Shown in pieces: positions 28,056 to 37,079 of a stretch of DNA of 64,000 bases. The DNA lies in NCBI GenBank assembly GCA_963845085.1, contig CAWJQI010000005.1:352001-416000 (forward strand), in the 5' to 3' direction. Each line of letters opens with the position of its first letter. Positions within the stretch are counted from its first letter, which is position 1. A program made the translations under genes and the position numbers. The stretch comes from Candidatus Fermentibacterota bacterium (GTDB lineage: Bacteria; Fermentibacterota; Fermentibacteria; Fermentibacterales; JCC-6). A model generated the notes under the pieces. That model was given only the letters and a program-made list of their open reading frames with translations. It searched no databases and was not told where the DNA came from.

Positions 28056-28943
28056 CTACCGCCTGGCTGCCAGGGCCTCGGCGACCATGCCGACGAGAAG
28101 TACCTGCAGGCTCGAAACGAGGAAAATAACAGTGGTTGTCGAAATGATCGGGTAACGCACCAGTTCCGGACCCAGGCCGACCTGGCCGGCGGCGATTATG
28201 AAATCAAGCACGAGCTTGGCGAACCCGAAGCAGAACAGGACTGCGGAGGTTGGCAGGAAGACCTTGAGGGGGCGGAACAGCACGGCCAGCCTGAGCACCA
28301 GCATGAGGAAGTTCGGAAAATGCCCCGGCCGTATCTTCGACGACCCCTCCCTTGCGTGGTAGTCGATCGGGATGAACCTTACAGGAACTCCGTCGCACAG
28401 GGAGGCGACAGTGATTGTCGTGGTGAACGAGAAACCGTCGGGGAGAAGATGGAGATACCTTGTCGCAAGGCTTCGCGTGAAGACCCTGAGCCCCGAGTTG
28501 AGATCGGGTATGCTTGTTCCCGTCAGTCGGTTCGCAAGCCTGTTGAGAACCCACTTGGCCGGCTTTCGCACCAGGGGGATGCGAACGTTTTCACCGGTCC
28601 GGCTTCCAACGGCCATCTCCGATGATTCGAGAGCCTGGAACAGCTCCGGAACCCGCTCCACCGGGTAGGTCCCGTCTGCGTCCGTGATTGCTATTACGGC
28701 GCAATCCGAATTCCTGATGCCGGTTTTGAGCGATGCCCCGTAGCCGAGGTTTCGCTCGTGCGAGACAACCCTCACTCCGGTCGAGACGGCAAGGCTTCCG
28801 GTGGCGTCGGTGGAACCGTCGTTAACTACAATTACCTCTCCATCGATCCCGGAGCGGTCCAGCATTGCCCGCACCTTTTCAACGGTGGAGACGATTGACT
28901 GCTCTTCATTGAAGGCGGGGATTATCACAGAAAGCCGCTTCAA
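28056..28943 (-). CDS. GT2 family glycosyltransferase
   Basis: Motifs SVIIPAFNEE, VNDGSTD, NLGYG, TDADGTY and DLNSGLR, plus two C-terminal TM segments. Confidence 0.93.
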   Translation of the reverse strand: MKRLSVIIPAFNEEQSIVSTVEKVRAMLDRSGIDGEVIVVNDGSTDATGSLAVSTGVRVVSHERNLGYGASLKTGIRNSDCAVIAITDADGTYPVERVPELFQALESSEMAVGSRTGENVRIPLVRKPAKWVLNRLANRLTGTSIPDLNSGLRVFTRSLATRYLHLLPDGFSFTTTITVASLCDGVPVRFIPIDYHAREGSSKIRPGHFPNFLMLVLRLAVLFRPLKVFLPTSAVLFCFGFAKLVLDFIIAAGQVGLGPELVRYPIISTTTVIFLVSSLQVLLVGMVAEALAARR

Positions 28944-28970
28944 GGGACTCCTTCACACAAGGGGGGTCGA

Positions 28971-28993
28971 CCCGCGCCCGGGACGGGCACGGG
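28971..28993. terminator. Hairpin downstream of the DUF378 gene
   Basis: CCCGCGCCCG-GGA-CGGGCACGGG stem-loop with one mismatch on the + strand and no U-tract. Confidence 0.45.
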
Positions 28994-29001
28994 TCGGATG
29001 G

Positions 29002-29211
29002 CTATCTCAGCTTGCCGAGGGTCGAGAAAAGACCCCAGACTCCTGCCAGGCCGACGAGCACGTAGATGATCCTTGCGGTTTCAAAGGTGAATCCGAGGAT
29101 ACCCATGATGAGGTCTTTCTGGAGAACTCCCATGAGCCCCCAGTTGATCCCGCCGATCACAAGCAGGATGAGAGCGAGGTAATCGATGAACGATGCTTTC
29201 TTTCCGGACAA
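29002..29211 (-). CDS. DUF378 family small membrane protein
   Basis: ALILLVIGGINWGLMG...DL...ARIIYVLVGLAG. Confidence 0.9.
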   Translation of the reverse strand: MSGKKASFIDYLALILLVIGGINWGLMGVLQKDLIMGILGFTFETARIIYVLVGLAGVWGLFSTLGKLR

Positions 29212-29260
29212 TTCACACCCTCCCTTCGGTACTGCGCCACCGGACTATTATAGCCATTGG

Positions 29261-29821
29261 CTATGGTCCACCAAGTATTTCGAGGTTGGCCGCGAGCGCC
29301 CCGCCCGCAAGCAGATCGCCATACGCCCCCAAAAGGTGCTCGTGCCTGAGCCCGGGGATAAGCCCTTTTCTCAGAACCTCGGAGAGAAGGGCGGTGTTCT
29401 GCATCCGGGGGTCTGCAAGGTCATCGCGGAACACCCGTGCAACGGTGATGTCACGCCTTGCGCATTCACCGTGAAGCGCTTCGACCGATACGACGGGCAC
29501 GGAGCCGTTCCTCACGTCGAATGGCTGCCAGACCGCGTCATAATAGGCAAGCGCCCCTCCGTTTCGAAGGTAGGCCGTTACAGCCCTCAGCGCTTCGTGA
29601 CGCTCGAGCGCGATTACGATGTCGGCCTCGCCCGGTGCGACGAGCGGCGAAAACTCCCCGCTTCCCGTCCGAATCTGGGAGATGACCGTCCCGCCGCGCT
29701 GGGCAAGGCCGTGGGTGTCCACCCCCCTCACCTCCATGCCGGCCCTCGACAGCGCACGGAGAAGGACTTCGCTGAGAAGGCCGATGCCCTGGCCTCCAAC
29801 GCCGGTCATGTGAATGTTCAT
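29261..29821 (-). CDS. iorB: Indolepyruvate:ferredoxin oxidoreductase beta subunit
   Basis: Motifs MNIHMTGVGGQG, HGLAQRGGTV and EALRA. ATG 29821 overlaps the iorA stop. Confidence 0.9.
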   Translation of the reverse strand: MNIHMTGVGGQGIGLLSEVLLRALSRAGMEVRGVDTHGLAQRGGTVISQIRTGSGEFSPLVAPGEADIVIALERHEALRAVTAYLRNGGALAYYDAVWQPFDVRNGSVPVVSVEALHGECARRDITVARVFRDDLADPRMQNTALLSEVLRKGLIPGLRHEHLLGAYGDLLAGGALAANLEILGGP

Positions 29822-31695
29822 ACTGATCCCCCTCCCGACTTCCCCGGATCGATGGCGCCCGCTGGACAGGTCTGCACGCATGAACCGTCCCCGATGCACA
29901 GGTCGGTGTTCGTTGACACGCTTCCGTCTTCCGGGTTTCTCCGGAAAGACGGGCATCCGAATCGGTCGATGCATTCACGTGCAAGGGTGCACCTGTCCGC
30001 CGCCACTTCCACGTGTTTCTGCGAGAAACCGGGTTTCCTCCGCTGTTCCCTTGAAAACTTCAGCATGCACGGGTGCCTGGCGATGACAACGCTCAGCCCC
30101 GGCGCATCCAGGGCTTTTTTCACGGCATCGGTCAGGGCTTTCTGATTGTAGGTGTCAACCTCGGCGATGTCACTCACGCCAAGACCCTCCAGAACTTTTC
30201 TTATGGGGATCTTCAGGGCGGGCTCATCGAAGTTCCTTCCGGTGCCGGGGTGTTCCTGATGGCCTGTCATGGCGGTGGTCCCGTTCTCCATCACAACAAG
30301 CGTGAGGGTGTGATTGTTGAAAATGGCGTTGATGATGCCCGGAATGCCGGCATGGAAGAACGTGGAATCACCCAGGAACGCCACGACCCTGCGCCCCGGG
30401 CCGGCGAGCGAGAGCCCCTGGGCGATGCCTGAAGAGGCGCCCATGGACATGAGGAGCCGGCCAATTTCGTAGGGGGGAAGGAAACCGAGGGTGTGGCAGC
30501 CGATGTCGGCTACGGAAATGTCACTGTCATTAAGAGCCTTTCCGATGGCGAAGAAGGCGCTTCTGTGGCCGCAGCCCGGACACATCTGGGGATACCTCGC
30601 GGGCGCCTGGAGCAACCCCTGGGGGGGGATGGGAGCGCGCACCGAATCGGGCCAGAACCTGTGCAGGATCTCACGAACCCTTCCGGGAGTGTACTCTCCG
30701 ACCCAGTCATCGGTGCTTTCCTTTCCCAGAACGGTTGAGGAAGCCCCGGAGTCGCAGGCCACAGCCTTGACGGCCTGCTCGATGAAATCGTCGAGTTCCT
30801 CCAGAACCAGAACTTCCCTGTGCTTCCTCAAAAAATCCTCTATCAGCACGGGATCGAGCGGATACACCATTCCGAGCTTCAGGATGTCGGGCTTCCTCTC
30901 CGCCCCGGTGAGCGAATCGAGGACCGACAGAAAGGGAAGGCCGGCGGTGATAATGCCCCGGTGGATGTTCCCGTTGTCGACAAGCCTGTGATAACCATTG
31001 CCGCGGACGTTCCGGATGCGCTCGAGCGCCCTCTTCTTCATCCGGCCGACCATCGCTCCGATGGGTATGTGGGTCCCGCCCCTCCCGTCGAACACGCCGG
31101 CGTCAGCGGACGGGGGGTCGGACCAGCCTGCGAAGGAAACCATTTCCTTGGCATGGCAGACGTGGGTCGTGAGCCTGAGCATCACGGCCATGTGATTGGC
31201 GCGCGCAAGGGAAACAGCCTTCAGAAGAAAATCATAGGCTTCCGATGGAGAAGCCGGCTCGAGAACAGGGGTGTAGCTCATCCTGGCGATGTGCCTGTTG
31301 TCCTGTTCGTTCTGCGAGGAATGGGCTCCGGGATCGTCCCCGACTATCACGACCATTCCGCCGGGTATGTCCATGTGGTTCAGCTGGACGAAGGTGTCGG
31401 AGGCCACGTTGAGGCCGACGCTCTTGAAGAAAACGACGGATGTCATGCCGTTCACCGCCGCGCCGTAACAAACCTCGACCGCGACCTTCTCGTTCACGCA
31501 GAACTCGAAGTGGAATGGACGGCTCTCCAGGGGAATGGAAGCGATCGCAGTTGCGATCTCCGGCGTCGGCGATCCGGGATAGGATGCCGCCACCCTGACC
31601 CCCGATTCCACCATGCCCCTTACAACTGCGGTATTCCCCATCACCAGCTCACGAAACGGCAACCTGCCCAGCAGCATGTCTCCAAGCTTCTTCAT
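29818..31695 (-). CDS. iorA: Indolepyruvate:ferredoxin oxidoreductase alpha subunit
   Basis: Motifs MGNTAVVRG, SYPGSPTPE, NEKVA.E, DDPGAHSSQNEQD.R, CPGCGHR, DIGCHTL and the TPP motif GDSTFFH, plus C-terminal ferredoxin cysteines. Start is either ATG 31695 or GTG 31719. Confidence 0.93.
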   Translation of the reverse strand: MKKLGDMLLGRLPFRELVMGNTAVVRGMVESGVRVAASYPGSPTPEIATAIASIPLESRPFHFEFCVNEKVAVEVCYGAAVNGMTSVVFFKSVGLNVASDTFVQLNHMDIPGGMVVIVGDDPGAHSSQNEQDNRHIARMSYTPVLEPASPSEAYDFLLKAVSLARANHMAVMLRLTTHVCHAKEMVSFAGWSDPPSADAGVFDGRGGTHIPIGAMVGRMKKRALERIRNVRGNGYHRLVDNGNIHRGIITAGLPFLSVLDSLTGAERKPDILKLGMVYPLDPVLIEDFLRKHREVLVLEELDDFIEQAVKAVACDSGASSTVLGKESTDDWVGEYTPGRVREILHRFWPDSVRAPIPPQGLLQAPARYPQMCPGCGHRSAFFAIGKALNDSDISVADIGCHTLGFLPPYEIGRLLMSMGASSGIAQGLSLAGPGRRVVAFLGDSTFFHAGIPGIINAIFNNHTLTLVVMENGTTAMTGHQEHPGTGRNFDEPALKIPIRKVLEGLGVSDIAEVDTYNQKALTDAVKKALDAPGLSVVIARHPCMLKFSREQRRKPGFSQKHVEVAADRCTLARECIDRFGCPSFRRNPEDGSVSTNTDLCIGDGSCVQTCPAGAIDPGKSGGGSV

Positions 31696-31839
31696 AACTG
31701 TCCTTTCCCGTGAGGACACAGCGACTTATGGACAATGCACAAACATTCAGCCGGTGAAAAGAGCCTTGACGCCCCTCGCTTTTTCCTTGTGAAACAGCTA
31801 TTTTTGTTCGTCTTTATCCCCATCCAGCCGGAGAGACCC

Positions 31840-33068
31840 ATGGAAAACTCTGATGTAAGATTCGTTATAGGATTCGCACTCATAGTAATCGCCGCAAAAA
31901 TAGCGGGAAGGCTCACGCAAAGGTTGCTGAAGCAGCCCGCTGTCATCGGCGAATTGCTGATCGGTCTTGTCATCGGGCCCTATGCGCTCGGCAGCATCGG
32001 CATTCTGTCGTCCGGTCCCGTGTTTACCACAGACACCCACGGCGTCTTCAACGAGGGGCTCCTTCACGGGATCACGACCGTGGGGATTGTGACCCTTCTT
32101 TTCACCGCCGGGCTCGAGACCGACCTTAAAGGCTTTCTCAGATTCGCTCCGAAGGGCTTCGCGGTAGGGATGGGCGGCGCGATCCTGGGTTTTGCGGGCG
32201 GCGCCCTTGCGGTGATCGCCGCAGGCGGAGGAACCGGCTTCAGCGATCCGAGGGTCCTGTCTTTCGGCGCGATCGCGGCGGCCACCTCGATCTCCCTGGC
32301 TGCCAGGGTTTTCTACGACATGAAAAGAATAAACACACCCGAGGGGTCCGTCACCCTTTCAGCGGCTGTCATTGACGATGTGATAGGCCTCGTGATACTG
32401 GCGGTCGTGGTCGGGATCCCCAGGGGGGAAGCGATACAGCAAGCGTTCTTCTGATCGTTCTGAAGGGGTTCGGCTTCTTCGTGGGGCTGCTGCTGCTGGG
32501 CCTTCTCCTTCAGAAACAGCTGATGTGGCTGATATCCAAGATCGGCGACGAATCATCACAGGCGGCGTTCGCCCTTGCCATAGGCCTTCTGGCTGCCGGC
32601 ATGGCCGAGTACTTCGGGCTGGCGCTGGTTGTTGGCGCATACGTCATGGGTCTTTCCCTTTCCGGAACCAGGCCCGCGATGCGCATCAGCGAGAAGCTGG
32701 TACCCGTGAAGGAGCTTCTTGTACCCGTCTTCTTCTGCGTCACGGGCATGATGGTGGACATCCGATCAATGGGGTCCGTGCTTGTTTTCAGCGTGATCTA
32801 CACACTTTTCTGCATGCTCGGCAAATTCGTGGGGTGTTCCATACCTGCAGCGGCATCCCGTCTAACAATGCGCCAGAGCGCCATAGTCGGAATCGGCATG
32901 ATGCCAAGGCTCGAGGTGGGGCTTGTCGCAGCAAGCGTGGCCCTGCTCAACGGCATGATCACTTCGACCGACATGGCGGCTGCCATGGTGATGATAGTAG
33001 TGACGGCCGTCGTCACACCGCCCCTTCTCATCAAGGCGATGGGGGGCCGTCACCCGGTCAGCCGTTGA
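31840..33068 (+). pseudogene. CPA2-family cation:proton antiporter (NapA/KefB-like) split by a single-base frameshift
   Basis: The N-half (QPAVIGELLIG, LLFTAGLETD, ATS, AAVIDDVIG) stops at 32454. The C-half (GAYVMGL, PVFF, GMMPRLEV) is in another frame. Adding one G in the G6 run at 32423-32428 gives a continuous 409-aa ORF. Could be an assembly error. Confidence 0.85.
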
Positions 33069-34557
33069 AGAGGTTGTCCGATCCGAAGCTTGCATCGGTC
33101 GTCAGGTTTACGCCGATCCTTCTGAACCCTTCCTCGTCGCCGGGGGCGGGTATGTGGGTGATGTGAACCTCGGCGCCGCGAAGCCCCGGCAGACACTCCA
33201 GCGCCTCGAGGGTTGCAGGGCTGTTGGTGGCGCTGATCCCGAGAGCGATCAGGACCTCGTCCAGCGTGAGGCTTGTTCTAGAGCCCCCGAGCGTTTCCTT
33301 CAGGCGCCTGATCGAGGCGATCGTCTCGGGTGTCAGAAGGTGGATCCTGTCGGGTATCCCCGCCAGCCTCTTCATCGAGTTTATCACCACGGCGCTCGCT
33401 GCGGTCATGAGTTCAGAGTCCCTGCCGGTGAGTATCGTGCCGTCGGGCAGCTCGAGCGCGGCGCCCGTTCTGTGAAAGCCTGAAGGATCCTCGCCGCCCG
33501 CAGCCCTTGCCGGCAGCACCACGGCCCTGTACTCGTGGGAAATCCCGTGATCATCGAGCAGCAGCTCCACTTTCTGTAGTGTCTTCTCCTCGACAAGCCC
33601 CATGACGAACTCGCACCGGTACCTGAAGTACCTTCGCACCATCTCCTGCTTCGAAGCTTCACGCACGGCTTCATCGGAGACGATCCCGAAACCCACCCTG
33701 TTCACGCCCATGTCCGTTGGCGAGGCGTAGGGTGACGCCGACCCCGTTATTCGCTCGAGGATCCTTCTGACAAGGGGGAAGGCCTCGACGTCACGGTTGT
33801 AGTTCACCACCGGAACGCCGTAGGTCTCGAGATGGTAGGGATCGATCATGTTGATGTCGCCCAGTTCGGCCGTTGCCGCCTCGTATGCAGCGTTCACGGG
33901 GTGTTTCAGGGGCAGGTTGAAGACCGGGAAGGTCTCGAACTTGGCGTAACCCGAGTCAAGGCCGCGTCTATGATCGTGGTACAGCTGGGACAGGCATGTG
34001 GCCAGCTTGCCGCTTCCAGGGCCTGGACCGGTGACCACCACCAGGGGCCTGGTGGTCTCAATGTAGTCGTTCCTGCCGTATCCGTCGGGGCTTACAACAA
34101 GATCTATGTCTGTGGGGTAGCCTCTTGTGTAGGGATGGGAGTAGACCTTCACACCGCTTCGCTCGAGGCGCTTTCTGAAAATGTCGGCTGCCGGCTGCTG
34201 GGCGTACCGCGTTATCACCACGCCGCACACGGAGAGATCCCTGCGCCTGAGATCATCTATCAGCCTCAGCGCGTCGGCGTCGTAGCTGATGCCGAAATCT
34301 CCCCTGATCTTTCTTTTCTCGATGTCTCCGGCATGGATGCACAGGATGATCTCGGCCTTGTCACGCAGCTCCTGAAGCAGCCTGATCTTGACGTTCGGGT
34401 CGTATCCGGGAAGAACCCTGGAGGCATGGAAGTCGTACATCAGCTTGCCCCCGAACTCGAGGTAGAGCCTCCCGGAGAAGCGTTCCAGGCGTGATGCTAT
34501 GGCTCCGGTCTGCTCCTCGAGGTACTTTCCGTTGTCGAATCCTATGGGTTGTTGCAT
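33058..34557 (-). CDS. DUF1846 (UPF0371) family protein
   Basis: Motifs IGFDNGKYL.EQ, LYLEFGGKL..D.HASRVLPG, GPGSGKLATCLSQLYH, YAKFETFP and SPTDMGVN. Start set at ATG 34557. Confidence 0.92.
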   Translation of the reverse strand: MQQPIGFDNGKYLEEQTGAIASRLERFSGRLYLEFGGKLMYDFHASRVLPGYDPNVKIRLLQELRDKAEIILCIHAGDIEKRKIRGDFGISYDADALRLIDDLRRRDLSVCGVVITRYAQQPAADIFRKRLERSGVKVYSHPYTRGYPTDIDLVVSPDGYGRNDYIETTRPLVVVTGPGPGSGKLATCLSQLYHDHRRGLDSGYAKFETFPVFNLPLKHPVNAAYEAATAELGDINMIDPYHLETYGVPVVNYNRDVEAFPLVRRILERITGSASPYASPTDMGVNRVGFGIVSDEAVREASKQEMVRRYFRYRCEFVMGLVEEKTLQKVELLLDDHGISHEYRAVVLPARAAGGEDPSGFHRTGAALELPDGTILTGRDSELMTAASAVVINSMKRLAGIPDRIHLLTPETIASIRRLKETLGGSRTSLTLDEVLIALGISATNSPATLEALECLPGLRGAEVHITHIPAPGDEEGFRRIGVNLTTDASFGSDNLFNG

Positions 34558-34600
34558 CGCTCTCCCCCGGGAATGCATTCGGTTTCGGGGGATGCCCGAA

Positions 34601-34780
34601 ACCGAAGATGCCGTGCTTGTGACCTGCCGTACCCCGTGACCCCCGCGGAGGTTGCTTTCAGGCCGCCCGTCGGGCTGTGCACCGAACTGCGTGCGGCGGG
34701 AATTCCGGACGCAATCCGCAGCTGCCGGGACCGCGGCAATCAAAGGAACTGCTGGCCCTCACACAACACCTTCCGGCAGG
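34601..34780 (-). ncRNA. ssrS: Probable 6S RNA
   Basis: About 180-nt rod-like fold by hand. The closing stem is CCGGAAGGUGUUGUGU with GCACGGCAUCUUCGG. An inner stem CCUUUGAUU/GGUCACGGGG follows, then a central bubble with a small 3' hairpin (ACCUC-CGCG-GGGGU) and apical stems. Local similarity to E. coli 6S segments (GUGUU..GGGCCAG; CGGCAUCU.CGG). TATATT lies at 34799-34794 upstream. Confidence 0.7.
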
Positions 34781-34806
34781 AATGTCAGGCGTGAATATAC
34801 AGGGAT

Positions 34807-36981
34807 CTACACCGCCAGGAACCAGGTCAGCTTGCCGTACACGCCAAGGTCGGGCGGGTTGAAACGACCCCCCTCCTCCTCGGTCCTGTTCTCGACAAGA
34901 AAGTAGAACATGCTGCCCGGCATGTACTGCCAGCTGAGAAGGGCGTTCGCACTGATGCCGCTGCTTTCTGATTCTCCCGTGAGGGAGTAATCCATGAGAA
35001 AGCGGGAGTACTGTGAGAAAAGCCTGATGCTCATGTCCGGTGTGAACATGTACGAGGCCCGGAGTATCAGCGAACGCCAGCGGCTGGACCTGCTGTCCCA
35101 ATCGTCGGCGTCCCAGTTGTAGTTCCATGTGTTGCAGGTCTCGAAGGTGTTTCCGGACAGGTTCAGATCGAGCGACTGGGTCGGTGTGACACTGAGCGCA
35201 AGGCTGTAGCTGTGGAACGATCCCTCGCAGTCGAACCCCCCGAATCCCGCGCTCCCGCTCACACTGAAGCAGTCGAACCTGTTCGTTCCCGCCCAGAGGT
35301 TTGCGCTTGTCCTGTCGCCGTACGTAACCCCTTCGGGGCCCTCGTAGGGATCGAATGTCTCACCGGAGTGGGTGACTTGGCCGCCCATGTAGGCACCGCT
35401 CTTCAGCGATACATTGGCTTCGAAGGTTCCCTCCGCACCGGTCTGCTCACCGGTGTCAAGCCTGGAGCAGGATCCGTAGGCGCTCACGCTCAGCTGGCTG
35501 AAGGTCTCCTCGGGCATGTACGTCTTGCTGATGGAACCCCAGCTGTTCCACCCCCCCGTCACGGTCGTGAAGCCTGTTCCGTTCACGTCGAAGGTTTCGC
35601 CTATTCTTTCCCACCCGGCGCTGTACGAAAGGGTGCTTCTCACTCTTTCAATGCTCGCGGCCCAGGCGTTTCCGTCTTCGATGCCTGTATTGAACGACCC
35701 GGCGAACGCCCCCCGGATCAGGTGATCGCCAGGGGCGAGAACAGCACCGTCGAGGGCAATCGCCCTGTTGTGTCCCTGATCGAAGCCGTCCTGCTCCCAT
35801 ACATCCCTGCTGACCGCCGAGATGCCGATGCTTCCGTACGAGCCGAACTCCCTGACCGTTCTGAACACCCCGAAGTTCGCCCCGGGAACCAAGGGAACGG
35901 TATCCTGGCTCACCCCTGCGGTGACGGCATCAAGAAAGCCGAACCGGAACCCGCCCCCGAGCGAGCCGGAGAGCTTCACACCCGCCCGTATCGGAACAAC
36001 GCCTCCGCCGGGTGCGGCAGCTCCAATCCTTCTGGAATAGAACATGTTGAAGGGCATCTCGAATGTTTCCTGCGATTCGAGGAAGAACGGTCTTCTTTCG
36101 TCGAGAAAGAGTTCGAAGTGCGAGAGGTTCATCTCCGCTGCGTCGGACTCCACCTGCCCGAAATCGGGATTGTAGGCCAGGTCTGCCACGATGTCGCTCG
36201 TAACGCCAAACTTTGCATCAACCCCTGCATCGAACTCGCTGTCCCACTCCCCGGGATCGGCAGGCCTCAAAGCCCTTGTGGACCCGTAGGGTCGGATCTC
36301 CGCGCCAAGGGAACCCCGGATGCCCGTGATCCCTTCAATTTGCGGAAAATTCTCAAGCTGGGCCATCTCCACGGAGGTTGAGAGCACGAACCAGCCGTTC
36401 TCCCTTGTCTTCCCGAGGATCCGCTGGAAATTCACCGTCCAGTTCTGGGCGGCTTCGGACGCGGGAAACCGAAGACAGCTGAAGGGGATTGCCATCTCGG
36501 CGGACCAGCCCCGGGGGTTGGTCGCCGTGGCGCTCTCCCACACAGCATCCCAGCTGTAGTCCCAATGCCCGTAGGGGCTGACCTTCGAATCCATCTGGGA
36601 ATTGGCGAGGCTCACCTCGAAGCTGGCAGCTTCCCTGCCGTTTCCCCAGGTGTCGAGGAGCACGGCTATCCACTCGCCCGTTACGTAATTGTCTCTTGGA
36701 GTGAGGGCTTCCATCATCGTTCGTGGATCGGGATCGTCCATCTGAAAGCCGAAGTAGATAAAGCGGTCATCGTAGACTATCATGACCTCGGTGTCTTCGG
36801 TCATGGGGCTGCCGTAGTCCGGTCCGTACTGCACGAACCGGCATGTGACGGCATTGGCGGATTCCCACGCGGGGTCGTTGAGAACTCCGTCGATGCTGGG
36901 ACCTTCGGGAACGCTTGAAGCCACGAGATCGGCCTGCCCCGTGGATGACAGAACCAGAAAAAGCATGGATAAGGCTGTCAT
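34807..36981 (-). CDS. CBM9-like + DUF5916 outer-membrane protein
   Basis: Motifs PSIDGVLND.AW, YDD..IYFG, WDAVWESA, GWSAEMAIPFS.LRF, NPDFGQVESD, F.DERRPFFLE and FYSRRIG. The C-terminal half is beta-barrel-like. Confidence 0.85.
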   Translation of the reverse strand: MTALSMLFLVLSSTGQADLVASSVPEGPSIDGVLNDPAWESANAVTCRFVQYGPDYGSPMTEDTEVMIVYDDRFIYFGFQMDDPDPRTMMEALTPRDNYVTGEWIAVLLDTWGNGREAASFEVSLANSQMDSKVSPYGHWDYSWDAVWESATATNPRGWSAEMAIPFSCLRFPASEAAQNWTVNFQRILGKTRENGWFVLSTSVEMAQLENFPQIEGITGIRGSLGAEIRPYGSTRALRPADPGEWDSEFDAGVDAKFGVTSDIVADLAYNPDFGQVESDAAEMNLSHFELFLDERRPFFLESQETFEMPFNMFYSRRIGAAAPGGGVVPIRAGVKLSGSLGGGFRFGFLDAVTAGVSQDTVPLVPGANFGVFRTVREFGSYGSIGISAVSRDVWEQDGFDQGHNRAIALDGAVLAPGDHLIRGAFAGSFNTGIEDGNAWAASIERVRSTLSYSAGWERIGETFDVNGTGFTTVTGGWNSWGSISKTYMPEETFSQLSVSAYGSCSRLDTGEQTGAEGTFEANVSLKSGAYMGGQVTHSGETFDPYEGPEGVTYGDRTSANLWAGTNRFDCFSVSGSAGFGGFDCEGSFHSYSLALSVTPTQSLDLNLSGNTFETCNTWNYNWDADDWDSRSSRWRSLILRASYMFTPDMSIRLFSQYSRFLMDYSLTGESESSGISANALLSWQYMPGSMFYFLVENRTEEEGGRFNPPDLGVYGKLTWFLAV

Positions 36982-37079
36982 GACACCTCCTCAAAGCACC
37001 TTGGGTTGGAAACACAATAGTGCTAAAAGATGGTTTGTCAAGACAGGCGTGCCGACACAACGAAAAGCGGGGTCCCGCA

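Noticed and set aside
32452..32454. TGA in the antiporter as a selenocysteine codon
   Set aside because: The C-terminal half is in a different frame, so read-through cannot restore it. It is a frameshift.
34601..34780. Known riboswitch (cobalamin, c-di-AMP, ZTP, lysine, TPP, SAM, T-box) upstream of DUF1846
   Set aside because: The conserved core motifs of these classes were not found by eye. The rod-like fold fits 6S RNA better.
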